Below, piece after piece: positions 59,190-64,000 of a DNA stretch of 64,000 bases. Both the position numbers and the translations under genes were made by a program. The stretch's first letter is position 1; every line of letters starts with the position of its first letter. The notes below the pieces were generated by a model. It did no database searches. It worked only from the letters and a program-made list of their open reading frames with translations, and was not told the origin of the DNA. Source of the stretch: a virus (taxonomy: Duplodnaviria > Caudoviricetes); IMG/VR virus record IMGVR_UViG_3300008111_000023, positions 12,183 to 76,182 of that record. One strand, 5' to 3'.

Positions 59190-59927
59190 TTAGGCCGCCT
59201 GAGCTGGAATAATATATTTGTAAGTAGCAAGTCCGCTGTCAAGAGTAATTTGAATAGCGCCTTCATTGCTCAAGGACATCTTTGTATTGTTAACATCTGC
59301 AATCTTAAGAATACTCAAGATTGGCATAACTGGCCATGTCCACCCACGATCTAACTTACCATCGACACCCATAGCAAAAATAAATTCGCCTGCGTGTGTA
59401 CTTGCGTCACCAAAGATAAACTTTAGATTGCCGCTGTCTGTCTTGGCTAAGAAAGTTGGATGTTCACTGTGTGCGCCAGCTTGGAAGTTAAAACGCTGTA
59501 CAGCACTGACAGTAGGCTCTAGTTCAACATCCCACTTAACTCCACGGAATTTTACAGTCTTCATTTTTTCATTAATGACTTCTGTATTCATAAAACGATA
59601 ATCGTTTTTAAAGTCGCCGTCTTTATTTTCAAAGTGAATGCCAACTGGCAAAGTCTCTCCGTTGCGTTCTGCAAAGGTAATACTGATCTTAGCATTGTCT
59701 TTGTATTCGTTGCCGTCTAACAAATATTTCAATTTGTTTAATTGTGGCATACCAAATACACCAACCATGTCTGCATAGGGAGCAGCAGTTTCTGCCTCCA
59801 TAATAACTGAACGGTCTTCGGCCATTGCGTTAATTGTTGTGCCTTTTTCTGTGCCTGTGACCTTAACTGTGGTTAAGAAGCCTAGGTTCTGTGTGTGCGA
59901 TACGATGTCTTGTAAAATATCTTTCAT
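59190..59927 (-). CDS. Sliding-clamp-like DNA polymerase processivity factor (gp45/PCNA-like)
   Basis: 245 aa with two-domain alpha/beta pattern ending GAIQITLDSGLATYKYIIPA; directly downstream of the polymerase; AGGAG RBS. Confidence 0.6.
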   Translation of the reverse strand: MKDILQDIVSHTQNLGFLTTVKVTGTEKGTTINAMAEDRSVIMEAETAAPYADMVGVFGMPQLNKLKYLLDGNEYKDNAKISITFAERNGETLPVGIHFENKDGDFKNDYRFMNTEVINEKMKTVKFRGVKWDVELEPTVSAVQRFNFQAGAHSEHPTFLAKTDSGNLKFIFGDASTHAGEFIFAMGVDGKLDRGWTWPVMPILSILKIADVNNTKMSLSNEGAIQITLDSGLATYKYIIPAQAA

Positions 59928-59950
59928 TGAAAGTTCTCCTGTATATTAAG

Positions 59951-59979
59951 ATTATATTTAGATCTAGAGTAAAAAGCAA
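59951..59979 (-). promoter_or_regulatory. Sigma70-type promoter overlapping a TAAATA motif
   Basis: TTGCTT-N17-TATAAT; TAAATA overlaps the -10 element. Confidence 0.55.
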
Positions 59980-59987
59980 CCGCTAAA

Positions 59988-62654
59988 TTACTCAAAATCA
60001 AAAAGTTTACTGAATGTGTTGTCACTGCGAGTTGAACTGATGTCCCATTCCAAAACACCAATCAAGTTTTCTAACTTTTCATCGATAACTGCATTTTCCA
60101 TTTCAGCATCGTTAAAAGGCAAGTCCTTAAACCATTGTGGTAGCCTAAGTTCATCTACGGGATAAGCAACGGATGTATAGCCCATAGGATTATCTTTGAC
60201 CTTACAGACAATAACTTTTGCACCGTCAGTAATAGTCACAGAGTATTTGTCATCCATCATTCTTTTGAGCGTATTCCAATTAAGGCTTGCTCTAACATGA
60301 CCAGGCATATTAGTCTTGCCAGCTTTCTTCTCTTTGTTGGCGTATTCTGTAATGTTGTTTGCACGTTTAGGTGATCCTTTCTCCCATCCAGGACGAGTTT
60401 TAAATTCAGTACGGAAATCAGTGATATACTCTAGCACATCTTCTTTAGTTCCGTTATTCAACACTTTTGTCAACACTTCGCTTAGGAAGTCTTGAATTAC
60501 TACAGGAGTATCACTGCGTTTGAGATCTAGTCCCATAGCCTTGATCTTGCCTGGCTTGCCGTCTATGTCCGCACGTTTACCTTCTTTGTCATAGTATAAT
60601 ACAGCATAACGTTTCTTAGTAATGAACAAGCCACGACTAGCAACAATCTCACGACCAGCTTTAATAACTTCGCCGCGTGTTTTTGGACAATGAAACGCAT
60701 CTTGCATGAACTTAGGGAAAGTGCTGTTAACTTCTTCGCCAATAGTATCATACAATTCTACAACACTTTCTTTAGTCCAAGGTAGAGCTCCTCGATCTAT
60801 TTCTTTCTTTAAGGTTGTGTACGCTGAAAAATAACATGAGTCAGTATCACCGTAGATAATAGCTTTACCTGTGTGATTGTTTTCACCTGTAATAATCTCA
60901 TTGACCTTGCCGGCCATATGACGAGCAATAGCACGACCCGTTAGTGTAGTTGATTGCCCAATGCGGTTGTCAAAGAATCTGCAACCGGGATTCAAAATAG
61001 CACCGTACAAACTGTTCAAGTTAATCTTTTTAACCAATTGTCGCTTGTCCCAGTATTCTTCTTCGATCTTATTGCCTGCCTTAATACTATCTTTAAGTTT
61101 GGCCTGCATATCTTTTCGTTCAGCATACCAACGCTTGAGCAATCCGGGGATGATACCTTCTTTGTCATAGGTAAAGATAGTGCCGTTTGCTGAAAGCATC
61201 CAAGGTTGATTACTTTCAAATATCAAATCATATATTTGCGCAGCACTAAGAGTATCATGACCGCCATCTTCCCAGTCGATGGTAATTTCACGACTTACAT
61301 CACGTTCTATTACCGCAGTGTATTCTAAACTTCCAAAGACTCCTTCCCATGCACCTGCAAAACTGCGACCCTTTGCTATCTCCGCAGCAATAAAGTCTTT
61401 AGTTCCGTCCTGACGCAACTGTCCAACAATAGTTTCCGGACCCATGTTAAGTGCCCTAATTGCAGAAGGATACAATGAGTTAATATCCAACGAGCCAATC
61501 CATTCATGAATGCCTTTCTTTGGAAACGCAACATACGCCCCTGCTGCCTGTGTATCAAGTCCTTCGCGGTTAACACGATTAGGAACAATCATTCCACGCT
61601 TATGGGCTTCGTTAATAATGGCTTGTTCAGTCACTGCAACGGCACCCATTGTAGTCTGTAGTAAAACAGTACATTCATGCGCCAGTGTGTTAGCTAGATC
61701 CATGAACTTTAATTTCTTATCTAGTTTATCTAACAATGCACAGTCTTGTCTGTTGTATTCGATAAACTTACGGAAGTCATTGTTGTATAGTTGATCCAAT
61801 GTGCCTTCGTAGACAGTCTTGTTCTCGCCTATCTCCATCTCTCCAATTGCATCCAATCGGTATGTGTGACGTTCTTCATAGGTATACTTGCGGTACAACT
61901 CGAGACTGTCCAAATGAACACGACCAATAAGATCATAAGTAACAGCGGCTTTTCCATATTTTTCGTATTCTCTCTTCTTGGGGAATTGATTCCATAGACA
62001 AAAACGTCTTGTATCTTCTTTACTCAAAACTTTAGTCACACGATTAACAGTATACGGGATATCGAAGCCTTCACTGTTCCACCCGCTTAAAATATCTGCT
62101 TCTTGGATAATGTCTAAGAACATATCCAACATATCTGCTTCGTTATCAAACAAGTAGGTATTAGGAAATTCTTCAACTTGCTTTTTAGCTTCCTCCATGC
62201 TCAATGTCTTAGGAGGAATTGCCAAACAGATCATAGTATCCATCCATTGTAGGTGAACTGCAATCGCAGTAATTGGCATAAACGCATCTTCTGGAGATGC
62301 ATAGCCACGTTCTGGATCAAAGTCCACCTCAATATCAAACCATGCTACATTTAGTTTAGGTGCGTCTACATTAAGATAGTTGTCTTCTAGGCAACGATAA
62401 ATTGGATTAATGTCGCTTTCAAACAGTTTTTTGTTTGAATGAATTGCAAGTTCTTTGCGATGTTCTTTGACATTCTTAGAACTTACTCGTGAAAGAGGTT
62501 GTCCAAAAATACTTGTAAATTTTCCTTTGGGATCTGGAAAATAAAAAATATGTCTAGCAGGGTAATCTTTAAAATGCCTTTTGCCTTCTGCATCACGTTC
62601 AACGACGTTGATTACATCCTGCTCTCTATTATAGAAAGCGTCTACATAACTCAA
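59988..62654 (-). CDS. DNA polymerase, family B
   Basis: Exonuclease motifs FDIE, GWNSEGFDIPY and YNRQD; polymerase motifs DINSLYPS, KKINLNSLYG, YGDTDS and KKRY; C-terminal FSKLFDF clamp-binding-like tail; TTG start with AGGAG RBS. Confidence 0.97.
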   Translation of the reverse strand: MSYVDAFYNREQDVINVVERDAEGKRHFKDYPARHIFYFPDPKGKFTSIFGQPLSRVSSKNVKEHRKELAIHSNKKLFESDINPIYRCLEDNYLNVDAPKLNVAWFDIEVDFDPERGYASPEDAFMPITAIAVHLQWMDTMICLAIPPKTLSMEEAKKQVEEFPNTYLFDNEADMLDMFLDIIQEADILSGWNSEGFDIPYTVNRVTKVLSKEDTRRFCLWNQFPKKREYEKYGKAAVTYDLIGRVHLDSLELYRKYTYEERHTYRLDAIGEMEIGENKTVYEGTLDQLYNNDFRKFIEYNRQDCALLDKLDKKLKFMDLANTLAHECTVLLQTTMGAVAVTEQAIINEAHKRGMIVPNRVNREGLDTQAAGAYVAFPKKGIHEWIGSLDINSLYPSAIRALNMGPETIVGQLRQDGTKDFIAAEIAKGRSFAGAWEGVFGSLEYTAVIERDVSREITIDWEDGGHDTLSAAQIYDLIFESNQPWMLSANGTIFTYDKEGIIPGLLKRWYAERKDMQAKLKDSIKAGNKIEEEYWDKRQLVKKINLNSLYGAILNPGCRFFDNRIGQSTTLTGRAIARHMAGKVNEIITGENNHTGKAIIYGDTDSCYFSAYTTLKKEIDRGALPWTKESVVELYDTIGEEVNSTFPKFMQDAFHCPKTRGEVIKAGREIVASRGLFITKKRYAVLYYDKEGKRADIDGKPGKIKAMGLDLKRSDTPVVIQDFLSEVLTKVLNNGTKEDVLEYITDFRTEFKTRPGWEKGSPKRANNITEYANKEKKAGKTNMPGHVRASLNWNTLKRMMDDKYSVTITDGAKVIVCKVKDNPMGYTSVAYPVDELRLPQWFKDLPFNDAEMENAVIDEKLENLIGVLEWDISSTRSDNTFSKLFDFE

Positions 62655-62660
62655 ATTGTT

Positions 62661-62684
62661 CTCCTATGCAATTTACGGCTTGCA
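62661..62684 (-). promoter_or_regulatory. Putative translational operator hairpin of the DNA polymerase gene
   Basis: UGCAA-GCCGUAAA-UUGCA (5-bp stem, 8-nt loop), 1 nt 5' of the AGGAG SD. Confidence 0.45.
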
Positions 62685-62730
62685 AATACCAATATGCGGT
62701 TTCTGGCCACGCCTACCATCTACTGTTTAT

Positions 62731-63024
62731 TTAATTAATTAGCATTCTAACTAGTCCAACGGTATCTATCGTGGTTAGCAGAATGTAGTTAGCCAGCATG
62801 CCAAAAGATTTCCTAGTCCAACTAGCCCAAGCATACATGGCACAGCCAAGGATCCAAATAGGATAAAGAGTAAGAAGCGGAGGCGTGGGGACCGTGACTG
62901 CCATAGTAATACTGCAACCAATGCTGATAGCCCAAGCAAGCAACTCAACAATAAAGCGAATTCTGTTAGACTTAAAGTCATCTCGTATCCACTGTATTGT
63001 TGGTGCGAAAATTGTGTCAATCAT
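62731..63024 (-). CDS. Small integral membrane protein (about 3 TM)
   Basis: 97 aa with three hydrophobic segments; ATGA-coupled to the upstream gene. Confidence 0.65.
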   Translation of the reverse strand: MIDTIFAPTIQWIRDDFKSNRIRFIVELLAWAISIGCSITMAVTVPTPPLLTLYPIWILGCAMYAWASWTRKSFGMLANYILLTTIDTVGLVRMLIN

Positions 63025-63284
63025 TCCGGTAGACGCTTAGTGACACCGAGAATCATTTCAATATCATTCCATTCTTGCTCGTGGTCTTTCCAGTTATCTT
63101 TGTGTGCAATCTTAATTGCTTTATTAATGACACTGGGCTTAATTTGTAATTCTTCTGCAACTGCCTTAACCGTTTCTTTTAGGCCTTCTTGGAGATCTTC
63201 TAGTTCACGCAATACATTAGAGCCCTCGTTGATAAGTCTTTCTAATTTTGCTTTCTCTTCTGGTCCGTACATTCTTGTTGACAT
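63021..63284 (-). CDS. dsDNA-binding protein, T4 DsbA-like
   Basis: 87 aa helical; LERLINEG..V..E.EDL.EGLKETVKAVAEEL.IKPSVINKAIKIAHK; AGGAG RBS. Confidence 0.6.
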   Translation of the reverse strand: MSTRMYGPEEKAKLERLINEGSNVLRELEDLQEGLKETVKAVAEELQIKPSVINKAIKIAHKDNWKDHEQEWNDIEMILGVTKRLPE

Positions 63285-63303
63285 AATGTTCTCCTATAGA
63301 ACT

Positions 63304-63332
63304 ATTATATAGCCAACAAAAAAGCCGGTCAA
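63304..63332 (-). promoter_or_regulatory. Sigma70-type promoter of the replication operon
   Basis: TTGACC-N17-TATAAT; the -35 lies within the terminator stem. Confidence 0.7.
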
Positions 63333-63349
63333 CTAAATTGCCGGCTTTT
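63318..63349 (-). terminator. Intrinsic terminator (possibly bidirectional)
   Basis: AAAAGCCGG-caatttagttga-CCGGCTTTTTT downstream of the stop at 63367. Confidence 0.8.
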
Positions 63350-63366
63350 GAGTGTAATTGGTTAAA

Positions 63367-63999
63367 TTACTTTTGATCTTCGCTTAGTACATCGTACATT
63401 TCGAATACACCGCCCATGCGCTCGTATACCATACCTGCATACACATCAGCTTTTAGGCCTTCACCAATTTTTTGTTTTGCAACACGTTGAGCCCATGCAA
63501 ACAACTCTTGATCGACTGCATCAATTTGTTGTTGACCACCACTCTCTTGAACAAGTTTGATCATGTCTTTGAATGATAGGATATTTTCAACTGACTCTTT
63601 AACAGTCTTCTTTTTTCCAAAGTATTTTTCTTGAGCAGCACTCATTCCCTTTTTGCCGCCTTCTTTCTTGTCACCGTCTTTGGCAGCAGGCGTTTTACCT
63701 TTTCCTAGATCTTTAGAACCTTGTCCATCTTGAGCGTAATCTGGAATGCCATCTTTGTTAGCATCTGGCTTTGCACCTTCGTCCATGATCTTGGCCATTT
63801 TCTTTTTCTTATCTTCTTTCTTCTTCTTGGCTTCAGCTTTATCAGCTTCGCTTTCTTCTTTAGCTGCCTCTACCATCTTCATGAATTTGCTTTTGAAAAC
63901 CGGCTCAATGCTTTCTTTCTTAGTGTTATCGAATTTCTTACCACCTTCCATACCCCAAGTTCCAGTCTTAGACTTTTTCTGTTCTGGTGCATCTTTTTT
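63367..63999 (-). CDS. Highly charged low-complexity protein, 5' partial (possible internal head protein)
   Basis: Frame stays open to the window edge; K/E-rich; DANKDGIPD motif; repeated (V/M/K)xE(S/A/G). Confidence 0.6.
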   Translation of the reverse strand, partial: KKDAPEQKKSKTGTWGMEGGKKFDNTKKESIEPVFKSKFMKMVEAAKEESEADKAEAKKKKEDKKKKMAKIMDEGAKPDANKDGIPDYAQDGQGSKDLGKGKTPAAKDGDKKEGGKKGMSAAQEKYFGKKKTVKESVENILSFKDMIKLVQESGGQQQIDAVDQELFAWAQRVAKQKIGEGLKADVYAGMVYERMGGVFEMYDVLSEDQK

Positions 64000-64000
64000 C

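Noticed and set aside
59988-62654. Intein or intron in the DNA polymerase
   Set aside because: The 888-aa ORF is contiguous, with normally spaced motifs and no intein termini.
38367-63312. Short + strand and nested ORFs within the minus-strand arm
   Set aside because: They overlap well-supported genes on the opposite strand or frame and have no independent support.
1-64000. Alternative genetic code (stop-codon reassignment), as in some large phages
   Set aside because: Genes up to 13.7 kb are open and tightly packed under the standard code; folE is the only split gene seen.
1-64000. CRISPR array, tRNA/rRNA genes, IS elements, DGR
   Set aside because: Intergenic gaps are at most about 125 nt. 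I saw no periodic repeats, cloverleafs, transposase or reverse transcriptase by eye; a tRNAscan run would confirm.

Overview
This window is a 64-kb segment of a large, AT-rich myovirus-type (T4-related, jumbo-phage-like) dsDNA phage genome in the standard genetic code, with two convergent arms. The + arm (1-36.7 kb) is a late structural region. It encodes baseplate genes (gp53-, hub-, gp5/VgrG-, gp25- and gp6-like), a 4574-aa multidomain virion protein, four paralogous fibre genes and a cluster of four glycosyltransferase-like genes, with recurrent TAAATA late-promoter motifs. The - arm (36.7-64 kb) carries an SGNH-fold gene, four tandem radical-SAM enzymes with N-terminal Cys-rich domains, an RNase H/5'-3' exonuclease, a sliding-clamp-like protein and a family B DNA polymerase. 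It also carries a dispersed 7-deazaguanine DNA-modification locus: DpdA/TGT-like, QueE, FolE and a QueD paralogue with the LxxxHRHxF motif, plus an embedded GT-B glycosyltransferase, PRTase, HIT and dCMP deaminase. The folE copy is broken by an internal deletion with frameshift. The most notable observations are the deazaguanine locus with an embedded glycosyltransferase and no queC in the window, the rSAM x4/SGNH/GT island beside the fibre genes, and several T4-style RNA control structures. All product calls come from motifs recognised by eye; no database searches were run.
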